From: Eledone cirrhosa
Taxonomy: Eukaryota
Assembly: GCA_964016885.1 (NCBI GenBank)
Contig: OZ024752.1
Coordinates: 5,146,001 to 5,210,000 of the forward strand
Direction of reading: 5' to 3'
Length of the DNA: 64,000 bases
Every line of letters begins with the position of its first letter. The stretch's first letter is position 1. The position numbers and the translations under genes were made by a program. Positions 14,202 to 29,280 of the stretch are shown here, one piece after another. Below the pieces are notes generated by a model, which was given only the letters and a program-made list of their open reading frames with translations, ran no database searches and had not been told where the DNA came from.

Positions 14202-14599
14202 TTAACTCAAGGCCTGCCTTTCATTCAGATCTCTTCTTTGGTTGCGCTTCCTTCATTAGCTTAGGTCTTGTCAATAGCTGGTCCTCTGTAATTTATAAAA
14301 ACTAGGTGAAGATCTACTGATAAATAATATGTTCAATATTTTAAATCTTCTTTTCTTTTGACCTTTTTTTTTAATGTACTTTAACTTTTAATATATTTTC
14401 ATATTTTTGTTACTTCTAAATAATGTGTTTATATGTGTATGTGTGAGCTTGTGTGTATGAATATACTTTATATTAAAAAGAAAGGTAATAATTTTAATTT
14501 TAAAACAAAATCTTTCCTCTAGCTAAACCACATATTAATGTTTAGGTAAAAATTGATTTTTGCCTATAATTTAAATATATATGCCTGTTCTCTCTAATT

Positions 14600-14643
<44 letters not shown>

Positions 14644-14728
14644 ACACACATATATATATATATATAATACATACTCAGTCTCATGGATATATGTGTGTGC
14701 ATTCTAATATATCCAAATGCATACATGC

Positions 14729-14776
<48 letters not shown>

Positions 14777-17667
14777 CCACATGAGTGTAGACTTATACAT
14801 ACTACAAACACACATATCAAGGTAAATAATTATATCGATCTATATCTCACCACATGTGTTTCCTCATTAAGCGAGAACACCTGTTAATTATATAGTTGGG
14901 TTATAATATAAATATGTGTGAACATGTAGAGTATAAAAGTAATGACTACTACATGTTCACTGGCTATACAGAAGTTCATTCTTTTGGTCCACTTGAAGAA
15001 GTGATGTTAGCACAGACCCAAAATTTGTTCGCAAGGAAAGAATTGAAAAGCTGTGAAATAGCACTAATCATCATCATCATCACCGTTTTACGTCTATTTT
15101 CCACACTAGCATGGGTTAGATGAGTTGTCCTGTTGTGGGCAATGCTAGATCAGGTGACCATGTCTTGCTCTTACAGAACTGATTTTGGCTTGGTTTCTAC
15201 AACCAGATGCCCTTCCTAATGCCAACTTCTTATTGTGACACTTACATGACCACTTTACAGTGTGGGCTGGGTGCTTTTTATTGTGACACCTACACAACCA
15301 CTTTACAATGTGGGTTGGGTGCTTTTTGTTGTGACACCTACACCACTTTACAGTGAGTGATGGGTGCTTTTTTGTCATGACACCTACACGATCACTTCAC
15401 AGTGTGGGTTGGGTTCTTTTTATTGTGACACACAATATTTCATATTTTCTTTAATATGGTGTACCAGGGTTTATTTTCTTTACTGGAGACTGATATCATT
15501 GCCTTGAATTATTCATAATTACCGTATATACTCGCGTATAGGTCGCACTTTTTTAACGATAAATAAGTATACATTGTTGGGGTGCGACCTATCCGATCGA
15601 CAAGACTGACCAATGATGTTTCATAGACTTAATCAACGATGGGTATTTATAAAAATAACTTTGTTAATATTTTTTATTATTTAACATCTCAGACCATGAC
15701 AACCTTAAACAGGCATGACAACCTGTTTAAGGTTGTCATGGTCTGAGATGAGACAGTTTGGAGGACTAAGTTTTGGCAATGTTTCTATGGCTGGATGCCT
15801 TTCCTAATGCCAACCACATTACAATGTGTACCGGGGTCATTTGATCATAGCACAAACACCACCACTTTACAGAGTGGGCTAGGTGCATTTCCACATGGCA
15901 CCAGCACAATCCCTTTACAAATTGTACTGGGTTGTACCCATGACAACCCATTTAACTCATGGCGACCCATTTAATCCATGCCAGTGTGGAAAATAAAATA
16001 AGACTGTGATAATGATGATGATGATAGCAGTGATGGTAGGATAACAGGGCTCAAGATATGGATGGAAGGATAACTGATTCAATGGAATGCTCAGTTATGT
16101 CCCTTTATGTTCTGATTACAAATTCCACAAAGGTCAAGTCTGCTTTCCATGCTTCTAAAATGAAGTATTAAGGTCAGATTAATTGATTGTACAACCCTTC
16201 CCCAACTCCTCTGCACAATTTTTGACCACATACCCAAATTAGAAATAATTATAATTAAAAGACTTAGCCATGTGCTATATTTAATCTGTTCTCTACTTTT
16301 GGGATTGTTCCAAAACTTAAAAGATTTCTAAATGTTTTGTTTATGAAAAGTAATTATAAAGCCAGTTGAATGCATGCTTAAAGAGGCCGAGGTCTTTAAG
16401 ACAAGAAATAAAATTGGAATCATTTATATGTCTTAAGAAATAATAATTAGTATATTGCTGCAAGCTTTGTAGAATAGAACTAATGAGAAGTGAAGGAAGG
16501 GAAAGTTTCATCTACTCTTCAGTTTGAGGGAGGTGGCGTATAGTGTTTACCCACTCAATCTCATGGACCTTAGCATAATTCTAGCTCCTAAAACCCATTT
16601 CCATCACTACTAATGAGGGAACAAATCTGTATATGTCAGATTCACTGTAGATCTCTCATTACTGTCATACTGAGATGGTAAATTGATAAACTTAGGTTAA
16701 CTTCACCTTTCATCCTTCCTTTCATGGTTAATAAATGAATTATCCATTGAGGGATACTGAATTGATGGGATTTTTGGAGCATTGGAAAAGAATCCTTGCA
16801 GTATATGTTTTGGCTCTTCACATTTATATACCAGCATTTGCTTTTTCCCTTGGGTAACATTCATGATATGATGAAGGAATATTTTCAAGTTTGGGTAACT
16901 ACAATTACTCCACCACTATTACAAAAAAAATTGTTTCCCAGTTCTGTGTCTTGGAGAGGAACTTTCCAGGAGCAATCCAATAGTCATTTTATTGGTATTT
17001 ATTTTATCAACTCCAAAGTGCTAGATTTATAATTGATAATACTCTCTCTACAATTTGTAACCTTGTGCCATATTTAGAAATTAATGCGACAAGTGAATAG
17101 ATGCTGTGTTGCAAAGGACCTGTCCAACCTATGCAAGCATGGAAAAATGGACATAAAACGATATTGTTGATGATGTTATATTGTTTTACTAATCAACAAT
17201 GTGTGATTTCTTTTTAAATGGTAACTTGTCATAAACAAACAAAAATATCTTCTGTTCACAAGTGTAAGTCTTGCTGTTCAGTAAGTACCCTTGCAGATTT
17301 GGGGATATTTCTTGTCCTTTTAACTCATATGTGAATCATTTATTTATAGGGTTTTTAATATTATCACAGATTCTCTGTGTTATTATTTTCTTAAAAAATT
17401 CAATGTGTTTTTTTCACTATTGTATGTTTGTATTTATCCATGCTTATTTGGATGATGGGGTTTATTTTTTGGAATAATTGCTATTTTTTTACAGCTAGAT
17501 GACCTTCCTAACCTTACAACTCAACTGTAAAGTGATATTTGTATTTTTTTGTTCTGTCAGGCAAATTGGAGCAAGCAACGTTATATACTTTACTCAGGAG
17601 CACAAAAAACAATGGCCGTAGTAAAATCTGAGCTTATGACTCCACACATATGGCATTATTAGCCATT

Positions 17668-17892
17668 GCGGTGGATTGGCAGTATCGGTAGAGCATCAGA
17701 CAACATGCTTTATGGCATAGAGTTACGGCCTTTTACATTCTGAGTTCAAATCCCACCGAGGTTAGCTTCGCCTTTTATCCTTATGGGGTCCATCCATAAA
17801 ATAAAATACCAGTAATGTACTGTGGTCGATTTAATCAACTTTCTCCACCACAAAAAGTGTTGGCCCTGTGCCTAAATCAAAACCCATTATTA
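17668..17892 (+). mobile_element. tRNA-derived SINE (same family)
   Basis: A/B boxes and conserved body; further copies near 16040, 24575, 43460, 59590 (-) and 60740. Confidence 0.75.
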
Positions 17893-18031
17893 ACCGTTGC
17901 ACACTGGAAAAATATAAAACATCAAATAACTATCTAATGATAGTTATTATTTGATAGTTGTTGTTGATGTTGATGATATCATTCAGACATTTTCATTGAA
18001 GTTGATTTGAATAATATATTCTATTGCTGTA

Positions 18032-18330
18032 TGAGGGCCGGCTGAAAAGTTCATAAGCTGACTATGAAAGAGTGATGCTAAAGCTGTGAAATCTTGCATG
18101 CATTAATTTCAACTTTTCTTATTAATAACTGCATTGTTTCTTTCCAGGAACTATGTTGAAAATTAAACCGCATTCCATGAGAGTATCTTGGTCAGCCTAT
18201 GAACTTTTCAGCTGACCATCATATGATAACTACATTGTTTCACTCCAGGGACTATGTTGAAAAATAAACCTCATTTGGTCGTTCCATGAGAGTATCTTGG
18301 TCAGTCTATGAACATTTCAGCTGACCTTCC
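18032..18330. mobile_element. mariner-type MITE with duplicated right end
   Basis: TA-TGAGGGCCGGCTGAAAAGTTCATA ... TATGAACTTTTCAGCTGACCATCA-TA; right ~100 bp repeated. Confidence 0.7.
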
Positions 18331-18390
18331 TATATTTATTTCTTTTATGTTTGATTGAAAGTTAATGGTTTAATTCTGTTTGTTTTGTAG

Positions 18391-18577
18391 GGTTCCCAGA
18401 GTGCATTTCGACCAATCAACCAAGGATATGGTCATCATGGTGGGAGTGGATCAAGTGATAGTTGCTTGAAACCAGACATGGGAAGTAGTGACACTGATAA
18501 TAGTAGACCAAATACAGACATCCTTATGGATCATGAAATAGCCAGTCCTGGTAGTGACAGCGGAAGTTACACAGCAG
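18391..18577 (+). CDS. robo: Robo (Roundabout) cytoplasmic-domain coding exon
   Basis: Acceptor ttctgtttgttttgtag; open frame GSQSAFRPINQGYGHHGGSGSSDSCLKPDMGSSDTDNSRPNTDILMDHEIASPGSDSGSYTA; donor CAG|GTTGGT in phase 1 that joins in frame (G+AT=Asp) to the exon at 23636. Confidence 0.8.
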
Positions 18578-18714
18578 GTTGGTCAATTTAGTCAGTCCAC
18601 TAAAATTTGGTCAGTTTGGTCAAATTTCAAATGTAAAAAAAAGGAATTCTAATTCTCTCTATCTCAAATATGTGTCAAAACATGGCATCAAGATGATAGA
18701 CCTAAGTAAATGTT

Positions 18715-21700
18715 TGGTCTGTGTGTATCAGGTTTACAATAGGTACACTGTATCCCTGTGTGTATCTGGTTTATGATAGGTACACTGTATCTCTGTGTGT
18801 ATCAGGTTTACAATAGGTACACTGTATCCCTGTGTGTATCTGGTTTATGATAGGTACACTGTATCTCTGTGTATCTGGTTTACAATAGGTACACTGTATC
18901 TCTGTGTATCTGGTTTATGATAGGTACACTGTATCCCTGTGTGTATCAGGTTTATGATAGGTACACTGTATCCCTGTGTGTATCAGGTTTATGATAGGTA
19001 CACTGTATCCCTGTGTGTATCAGGTTTATGATAGGTACACTGTATCCCTGTGTGTATCTGGTTTATGATAGGTACACTGTATCTCTGTGTCTATCAGGTT
19101 TATGATAGGTACACTGTATCCCTGTGTGTATCTGGTTTATGATAGGTACACTGTATCCCTGTGTATCTGGTTTATGATAGGTACACTGTATCTCTGTGTA
19201 TCTGGTTTATGATAGATACACTGTATCCCTGTGTGTATCTGGTTTATGATAGGTACACTGTATCTCTGTGTATCTGGTTTATGATAGGTACACTGTATAC
19301 CTGTGTGTATCTGGTTTATGATAGGTACACTGTATCTCTGTCTCTATCTGGTTTATGATAGGTACACTGTATTTCTGTCTCTATCTGGTTTATGATAGGT
19401 ACACTGTATCTCTGTCTCTATCTGGTTTATGATAGGTACACTGTATCTCTGTGCGTATCTGGTTTATGATAGGTACACTGTATCTCTGTGTATCAGGTTT
19501 ATGATAGGTACACTGTATCTCTGTGTATCAGGTTTATGATAGGTACACTGTATCTCTGTGTGTATCAGGTTTATGATAGGTACACTGTATCTCTGTCTCT
19601 ATCTGGTTTATGATAGATACACTGTATCTCTGTGTATCTGGTTTATGATAGGTACACTGTATCTCTGTGTATCAGGTTTATGATAGGTACACTGTATCTC
19701 TGTCTCTATCTGGTTTATGATAGGTACACTGTATCTCTGTGTATCAGGTTTATGATAGGTACACTGTATCTCTGTCTCTATCTGGTTTATGATAGGTACA
19801 CTGTATCTCTGTGTATCAGGTTTATGATAGGTACACTGTATCTCTGTCTCTATCTGGTTTATGATAGGTACACTGTATCTCTGTGTATCAGGTTTATGAT
19901 AGGTACACTGTATCTCTGTGTATCAGGTTTATGATAGGTACACTGTATCTCTGTGTGTATCAGGTTTATGATAGGTACACTGTATCTCTGTCTCTATCTG
20001 GTTTATGATAGGTACACTGTATCTCTGTGTATCAGGTTTATGATAGGTACACTGTATCTCTGTGTATCAGGTTTATGATAGATACACTGTATCCCTGTCT
20101 CTATCTGGTTTATGATAGGTACACTGTATCTCTCTGTGTATCAGGTTTATGATAGGTACACTGTATTCCTGTGTATCTGGTTTATGATAGGTACACTGTA
20201 TCTCTCTGTGTATCAGGTTTATGATAGGTACACTGTATCCCTGTCTCTATCTGGTTTATGATAGGTACACTGTATCTCTGTGTATCAGGTTTATGATAGG
20301 TACACTGTATCTCTGTGTATCAGGTTTATGATAGATACACTGTATCTCTGTGTGTATCAGGTTTATGATAGGTACACTGTATCCCTGTGTATCAGGTTTA
20401 TGATAGGTACACTGTATCCCTGTGTATCAGGTTTATGATAGGTACACTGTATCTCTGTGTGTATCAGGTTTATGATAGGTACACTGTATCTCTGTGTATC
20501 AGGTTTATGATAGGTACACTGTATCCCTGTGTATCAGGTTTATGATAGATACACTGTATCTCTGTGTATCAGGTTTATGATAGGTACACTGTATCTCTGT
20601 GTATCTGGTTTATGATAGGTACACTGTATCTCTGTGTATCTGGTTTATGATAGGTACACTGTATCTCTGTGTATCTGGTTTATGATAGGTACACTGTATC
20701 CCTGTGTGTATCAGGTTTATGATAGGTACACTGTATCTCTGTGTATCTGGTTTATGATAGGTACACTGTATCCCTGTGTGTATCAGGTTTATGATAGGTA
20801 CACTGTATCTCTGTGTCTATCTGGTTTATGATAGGTACACTGTATCCCTGTGTGTATCAGGTTTATGATAGGTACACTGTATCTCTGTGTATCAGGCTTA
20901 TGATAGGTACACTGTATCTCTGTGTATCTGGTTTATGATAGGTACACTGTATCCCTGTGTGTATCAGGTTTATGATAGGTACACTGTATCTCTGTGTATC
21001 TGGTTTATGATAGGTACACTGTATCCCTGTGTGTATCAGGTTTATGATAGGTACACTGTATCTCTGTGTATCTGGTTTATGATAGGTACACTGTATCCCT
21101 GTGTGTATCAGGTTTATGATAGGTACACTGTATCTCTGTGTCTATCTGGTTTATGATAGGTACACTGTATCCCTGTGTGTATCAGGTTTATGATAGGTAC
21201 ACTGTATCTCTGTGTATCAGGTTTATGATAGGTACACTGTATCCCTGTGTGTATCAGGTTTATGATAGGTACACTGTATCTCTGTGTGTATCAGGTTTAT
21301 GATAGGTACACTGTATCTCTGTGTGTATCAGGTTTATGATAGGTACACTGTATCTCTGTGTCTATCTGGTTTATGATAGGTACACTGTATACCTGTGTGT
21401 ATCTGGTTTATGATAGGTACACTGTATCTCTGTGTCTATCTGGTTTATGATAGGTACACTGTATCCCTGTGTGTATCAGGTTTATGATAGGTACACTGTA
21501 TCCCTGTGTGTATCTGGTTTATGATAGGTACACTGTATACCTGTGTGTATCTGGTTTATGATAGGTACACTGTATCTCTGTGTCTATCTGGTTTATGATA
21601 GGTACACTGTATACCTGTGTGTATCTGGTTTATGATAGGTACACTGTATCTCTGTGTCTATCTGGTTTATGATAGGTACACTGTATCCCTGTGTGTATCT

Positions 21701-22897
21701 GGTTTATGATAGGTACACTGTATCTCTGTGTGTATCAGGTTTATGATAGGTACACTGTATCCCTGTGTGTATCAGGTTTATGATAGGTACACTGTATCTC
21801 TGTGTCTATCTGGTTTATGATAGGTACACTGTATACCTGTGTGTATCTGGTTTATGATAGGTACACTGTATCTCTGTGTCTATCTGGTTTATGATAGGTA
21901 CACTGTATACCTGTGTGTATCTGGTTTATGATAGGTACACTGTATCTCTGTGTCTATCTGGTTTATGATAGGTACACTGTATCTCTGTGTGTATCTGGTT
22001 TATGATAGGTACACTGTATCTCTGTGTCTATCTGGTTTATGATAGGTACACTGTATCTCTGTGTGTATCAGGTTTATGATAGGTACACTGTATCTCTGTG
22101 TGTATCAGGTTTATGATAGGTACACTGTATCTCTGTGTCTATCTGGTTTATGATAGGTACACTGTATACCTGTGTGTATCTGGTTTATGATAGGTACACT
22201 GTATCTCTGTGTCTATCTGGTTTATGATAGGTACACTGTATCCCTGTGTATCAGGTTTATGATAGATACACTGTATCTCTGTGTCTATCTGGTTTATGAT
22301 AGGTACACTGTATCTCTGTGTATCTGGTTTATGATAGGTACACTGTATCTCTGTGTATCTGGTTTATGATAGGTACACTGTATCTCTGTGTATCTGGTTT
22401 ATGATAGGTACACTGTATCTCTGTGTCTATCTGGTTTATGATAGGTACACTGTATCTCTGTGTGTATCTGGTTTATGATAGGTACACTGTATCTCTGTGT
22501 CTATCTGGTTTATGATAGGTACACTGTATCTCTGTGTATCTGGTTTATGATAGGTACACTGTATCTCCGTGTATCTGGTTTATGATAGGTACACTATATC
22601 TCTGTGTGTATCTGGTTTATGATAGGTACACTGTATCCCTGTGTGTATCTGGTTTATGATAGGTACACTGTATCTCTGTGTATCTGGTTTATGATAGGTA
22701 CACTGTATCTCTGTGTATCTGGTTTATGATAGGTACACTGTATCTCCGTGAATCTGGTTTATGATAGGTACACTGTATCTCTGTGTGTATCTGGTTTATG
22801 ATAGGTACACTGTATCCCTGTGTGTATCTGGTTTATGATTGGTACACTGTATCTCTGTGTTTTTGTTTTATGATAGGTACACTGTATCTCTGTGTGT
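18715..22897. repeat. Intronic tandem satellite, 35/37-bp unit, roughly 115 copies
   Basis: Unit GTATC(T/A)GGTTTATGATAGGTACACTGTATC(T/C)CTGT(GT). Confidence 0.97.
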
Positions 22898-23080
22898 CAT
22901 AAGAGCTGATATAAAGGTTTACCGTCAGGAAGGACATTTGACTGTAAATATTGTTTCAGAAAGAACTTCATGAGAAGCATAAAGCTTATCATAGGGCTTG
23001 CAATACTACTAATCTCTGTTTAACAGGGACAATGGCCTTAAAATGTTTTTTGTGCTGGGTATATATTTTTCTTTCATATA

Positions 23081-23267
23081 TAGGTAAAATTCTGTTATAG
23101 CGAATACCATTATAACAAATTTTTCAGTATAACCAAATTTTTCCAATCCCCGAGGAAATAGCAAGCAAACACTCGATTTGTTTTGGTTGATCTCATTATA
23201 AAGAATTTTTTGTTACAACAAATTTTTTTGTATACCCCATGAATTTCATTATAATAGAATTTCACGG
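23081..23267. mobile_element. pogo/Tigger-like MITE
   Basis: Reverse-orientation homolog of 10451-10626 with TA flanks. Confidence 0.72.
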
Positions 23268-23635
23268 TATTTTCTTATCTTATATATTTTCTTATCTTAT
23301 ATATTTCCTTATCTTATATATTTTCATTTTATATTTCCTTATTGTTTCCTTATATATTCTCTTCTATAATTCAAGTTATATTTTGATGTAAATTGTTTTT
23401 CATGAGAGTTCCTAATATAATGATTCTCAGGAAGAAATCTGGAGAGGCATGGGCTCTGCCAGTCTTTAAAATGGCCAAGAAATGCCATATGTCAATACAG
23501 TGCCTCTACGACTCTATTAGGAATTACAGGACCATACATATATGCATATTCTATTGTATAATTCAAGTTATATCATGAGAGTTCCTGATATTGTGATTCA
23601 ATGATTTTTTTTTTCTTTTTTGCCTTCTGTTTCAG

Positions 23636-24329
23636 ATGAAACTGGTATGCCAATTAAAAGAGGTAGACGTCTTTATAAAACTTGTGGTAATATTGGAAAA
23701 CAGCCGTTAGTAAACTGGGCAGAATTACTGCCTCCTCCCCCTGAACATCCACCTCCTTGTGAAATGATATCGCCAGACTCACCAATGGGCACCCTCCATC
23801 GCAACATCCAGACTATGAATGGCGGGGGTCCTATATCACCCGTCTCCAAAATCTCGGCATGTTCATGTCCCATTCAGTATAGTCAAGGAGGTGTGTATGG
23901 CAGAAACAATCCCTATTCAGATTCAGAGCAAAATAAATACGCTAAAATTCGGGAGAATCATCCATGTTCCATGAAAACTCTTAACCAACTTCGAACTCAG
24001 TCCCCCTGTGGTGATATGAGAACATACTCTCCTCGTACAGTCAACTGCATGCAGCACAACTGTATGGGCCATGCCCCGCGATGCTGTCATAGTGACTGTG
24101 AACAAAGCATTTATGGTCCGTCTCTCAAAGGTTATCGCCTACCTTCTGAAGGCGAAGGAGATTACCGTTATATTAGCAGTGATCCCGAGCGTGGTCCTAC
24201 ACCTCCCATCAGGATGCACTCTTCAAATATGATGGATTTGGCTGATGGACCCCACATGGACAGAGCTTGCCAATCTTCTTTACCAAGTTTGGCAAATGAA
24301 CGTATGCAATCACCTCTCTATCCAGCAAG
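23636..24329 (+). CDS. robo: Robo coding exon containing the CC2 motif
   Basis: Long polypyrimidine tract plus ttcag acceptor; encodes ...KQPLVNWAELLPPPPEHPPP..., matching the Robo CC2 (Ena/VASP-binding) motif NWADLLPPPPAHPPP; donor AAG|GTATGT in phase 2. Confidence 0.88.
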
Positions 24330-25796
24330 GTATGTCTCCATATTTCTTTCATATATTCTACTCTTTCTAATCTTTGGCTCTATTTGAACCACATATGTTT
24401 TTTTGATTTGCAGGTGACTGTGATATTATTATATATTATTATCATTAATATTATTATTATTATTATTGTTGATTAAATAGACCCCAGCGCATTACTGGTG
24501 CTTTATTTTATCAATCCTGTAAGGATGAAAGGCAAAGCTAACCTCGGTGGGATTTGAACTCAGCCCCTTTATGTTCTGAGTTCAAATCCCACTGAGGTTA
24601 GCTTTGCCTTTCATCCTTACGGGGTTGATAAAATAAAGCACCAGTAATGCACTGGGGTCTATTTAATTGACTTTCCCCTCTTCTCAAATTTCTGGCCTTG
24701 TGCCTATAGTAGAAATAATAATAATAATAATTATTATTATTATTATTATTATTATCATCTCTCTCTAATTATTGTTCCTCACAGTATTAGTAAAAAAAAA
24801 ACTTTAATGGAGGGAAATAAACTGTATTGCACACATCAGTCTTCTTTAATTTTATGATTATTTATTGCTGGTGCCATCCTACCATTAACCATTTTATCAT
24901 TAATTCCATTTGATCATGTAGAAATACTAACTGAAAGAAAGAATCAAAAGTTTAAGAAATAAAGTCATTGTTTTTTGTTGTTTTTTTTTTGTTTTTTTTT
25001 CATCCTATGTACTTCTGTCAGTGTGGTTTATAAAGCACTTAATGCTATAGTTAATAAAACTCTCTCCATGAAGCCATTCTATAAAATAAAGTTTATAATG
25101 TGCAAGAAGAAAATGAGGAAAATACAATAACAATGAGTTATGATAAAGCCACATACAATAGTTAAGATAAAGCCACTTACAATAGTTGTGATAAAGCCAC
25201 ATACAATAGTTGTGAGCATTTTCTGTTAACAACAACCACTGTTCAAAGACCTTTTTTTCTTTTTCTTTTATTTATTTATTTATATTTCGTTTTATCTTTT
25301 ATTTTTATTTTATCTTTACCTTTTCTCATTAAATACTTAATGCCAAATTCTGTAAATGTTACATAGTTGGTCAAATTACTTCTTACTTTACATTTGCCTG
25401 TGTGTCTCTTCTTCCACACCAATAAGCAAGCTGCTCCACTAGCTGGTTTCTAAAGTACCAATCTCTGCTTGATTTACAATTAGAGAGAGAGAGAGTGGAG
25501 AAAAGAGAAAAAAAGAGTGTGAGGAAGAAAGAGAAAGAGAGATGAAATGTAAATGAAAGACAGATAAGAGTGATGGGAATAGATTAAGTTTAGTTTTCTG
25601 AAAAATCCCTGAGTGGGTAAAGAATGATTTTACAAATTTAAAAAAAGGTAAGCTAAGCTGATGAAGACCCTGTTCAGAAGTATTTGACAGAAAGAAAGTA
25701 AAAATCCTTATATAAACTATGGTAAGTATCGTAGTACTAATAGTAGAAATTGCTAGAACAGTATTAGTTAATGTACTGTTGGTAGTAATTTCATTT

Positions 25797-25839
<43 letters not shown>

Positions 25840-26015
25840 TGTAGTAATAGTAGTATTGCTTTTATTTTCTTTACTAGCTTTAATATTTTTTTGTTTTATA
25901 AATATATTTTTTCCTTAATCTTATCAACTTTTATTTAAAATTCTGATAACTGAAGTATCAATGCTGCTGATGTTATCGGGTGTAATTTCCATTGTCTTTT
26001 ATCTTCTTCTTACAG

Positions 26016-26289
26016 ATTGGAGGTGACGGCTAGTGGCCCACATCTGAATATTGACTTTGAAGGCTTTTCTCAGAATCCAGACTCGCCGGTATCTGAGATC
26101 CCAGATTATGCCGGTGAGTCTGATTTGGACGATGTCCATCTCGATTTTGGATCCCCACTTACTGACGGGGGAGAAAGCAGTACTGAGGTTCAAAATGATG
26201 GCTTTGGAAATGTGACAGGTATTTCCATGACTGTTCCAGACATTCAGACTGATAACCTATCTTTCCCTTATACTGCTTTTACCTCCTGA
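26016..26289 (+). CDS. robo: Robo C-terminal coding exon (ends at internal donor 26218 or reads to TGA at 26287-26289)
   Basis: Acceptor tcttcttcttacag; AG+A=Arg keeps the frame from the previous exon; acidic sequence LEVTASGPHLNIDFEGFSQNPDSPVSEIPDYAGESDLDD...; ACAG|GTATTT donor at 26218/9; AATAAA near 26439. Confidence 0.75.
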
Positions 26290-27107
26290 AACAATAACAC
26301 ACTTGGATTGGCACTATCCTCTTTTCTACCCATAAAATACCCACCTAAACCCTCAAAAATGCTTGCTCTGTTTTTTTTTTATTTTTCATTTAAAATCATC
26401 AACAGTCTTAAACCTTGGAATGAGACACTGTATTTATTGAATAAATAAAAAAAAATAAAAAGAAGCAAAAGACAAAGGCATTTTATTTAGTAAGACTTGG
26501 GATATATTCTGAACTAACTAAGGACATATAAAACTTCAAACAGGTTTCAGATAGCAGTAAACTCAGTCCATTATAATATTATTCCTCTTAAACAATCCGG
26601 CCCTCCTTATTTTCTTTAAAATTGAAAAAATTTATTCAAAATTTGCATGAAAAAAAAAAAGGAATAAATACGAAATTTTGAAATAACGAGAGTTTTAAAG
26701 AAAGCCAAACAAATAAACAAGGAAACATATTCACCTGCTCCCCTATCCCATTGCCACTACCTTCTCCCTCTCTTCCCCCACCCTAGCCCATTACCTTCTC
26801 TGGTAATATCTGAGTAGAAATCATTATCAATCATATCGAATATGATATTCTCACATCATGTATGATGATTTTGTCATTTGTTCAAAGCTATGATGTCATA
26901 GACACCACTAGTTCAGCTCAGCATATAAAGTCTGCTGTGTAAAGCAATTAATTTCTGATATTCTTGAAAGTGGTTGTCAGTTCCAGACATAGCATTAGTG
27001 CTGTTCTTATATGTCCATATTTAGTCACAAATGTATTCTCAAAATTGCAAGCAAGAGTTCTTTTAATATCGATCTAACAGAAGTGTTACTCTATCTTTCT
27101 CTCTCTA

Positions 27108-27173
<66 letters not shown>

Positions 27174-27538
27174 CAGTTCCTGTATGAGCAAGGCATGGTC
27201 AGCCGACCAGACACTGCCCACAACAGGACAACCCGTCTAACACATATATATATATATATTTATATATATATGTGTGTGTGTTTGTGTGTATGTTTATATA
27301 ATATATATATATATAATAAGTATATCTATTTATGTATATATATATATATTATATATATAATATATATATATATTATATATACATATATTATATATATATA
27401 CATTATATATATATATATTATATATGACATATATATAATATATATATCATATATATATATAATATATATATCATATATATATTATATATATGATATATAT
27501 ATATGTTATATATATGATATATATATATATATATGTAT

Positions 27539-27578
<40 letters not shown>

Positions 27579-28601
27579 GATATATATATATGTTATATAT
27601 ATGATATATATATATATATATATGTATATTGTATATATATATATATATTATATATAACATATATATATATATATCATATATATATGATATATATATATAT
27701 ATATATATTATATATAACATATATATATATATATCATATATATATGATATATATATATATAATATATCATATATATGATATATATATATAATATATCATA
27801 TATAACATATATTTATATTATATATATGATATATATATATATGAATATTGTATATATATATATATCATATATAACATATATATATCATATATATATGATA
27901 TATATAATATATCATATATATATTTCATATATAGATATATATATATATCATATATATATATTGTATATATATATATATCCTATATATGGATATTGTATTT
28001 ATATATATCATATATATGTATATTGTATATATATATCGTATATATATATATCATATATAACATATATATATCATATATATATGATATATATAATATATCA
28101 TATATATATTTCATATATAGATATATATATATATCATATATATATATTGTATATATATATATATATCCTATATATGTATATTGTATTTATATATATCATA
28201 TATATGTATATTGTATGTATATATCGTATATATATATATTGTATATAAATATATATATCATATATATATATCGTATATATGTATATTGTATATATATATC
28301 GTATATATATATATCGTATATAAATATATATATCATATATATATATCGTATATATATATATCGTATATATATATATATTGTATATATATATATATCATAT
28401 ATATATATATCGTATATAAATATATATCATATATATATATCGTATATATATATATATTGTATATATATATATATATATATATATCATATATATATATATA
28501 TATATCATATATATATCGTAAATATATATATATAGTATATATATATATATATATCGTATATATATATATATATATATATTGTATATATATATATATATAT
28601 C

Positions 28602-28680
<79 letters not shown>

Positions 28681-29058
28681 TATATATATCATATATAGAT
28701 ATTATATATATATATCATATATAGATATTATATATATATATCATATATAGATATTATATATAGATATTATATATATATATCATATATATATATTATATAT
28801 ATATATCATATATATATACTATATATATATATCATATATATATATCATATATATATATATCATATATATATTATATATATATCATATATATATATATCAT
28901 ATATATATATATCATATATATATTATATATATATCATATTTATATATATCATATATATATATATCATATTTATATATATCATATATATATCATATATATA
29001 TATTATATATATATATATCAGATATATCAGATATATATATCATATATATATACGATAT

Positions 29059-29280
29059 AGTAATAATAATAAATTTGAAGACGAAAATCCAAAGAGGGCT
29101 CGATAAGGATAAATATATATCAGATATAAAAGAACCGTAGAGCAAATATTTATTAAAATAATAGTTTAAAGTTTAAGCAAAGAATCCCTTAATGGGATCT
29201 TCTGAAACTCAGTTTCAGAAGATCCCGTTAAGGGTGAAAGCAGTGATTCTTTGCTTAAAATTTAATCTGTTATTTTAATA
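29059..29280 (-). mobile_element. Fold-back insert in (AT)n (family shared with 38145-38367)
   Basis: Hairpin centred near 29210; the first ~85 bp are near-identical to the 38145 copy. Confidence 0.5.

Noticed and set aside
14896-15123. 75-aa ORF as a possible Robo exon
   Set aside because: No convincing acceptor or donor and no recognisable motif; runs into a retroposon tail.
18715-22897. CRISPR-like array of ~36-bp repeats
   Set aside because: Units are directly adjacent with no unique spacers and no cas genes; eukaryotic intronic satellite.
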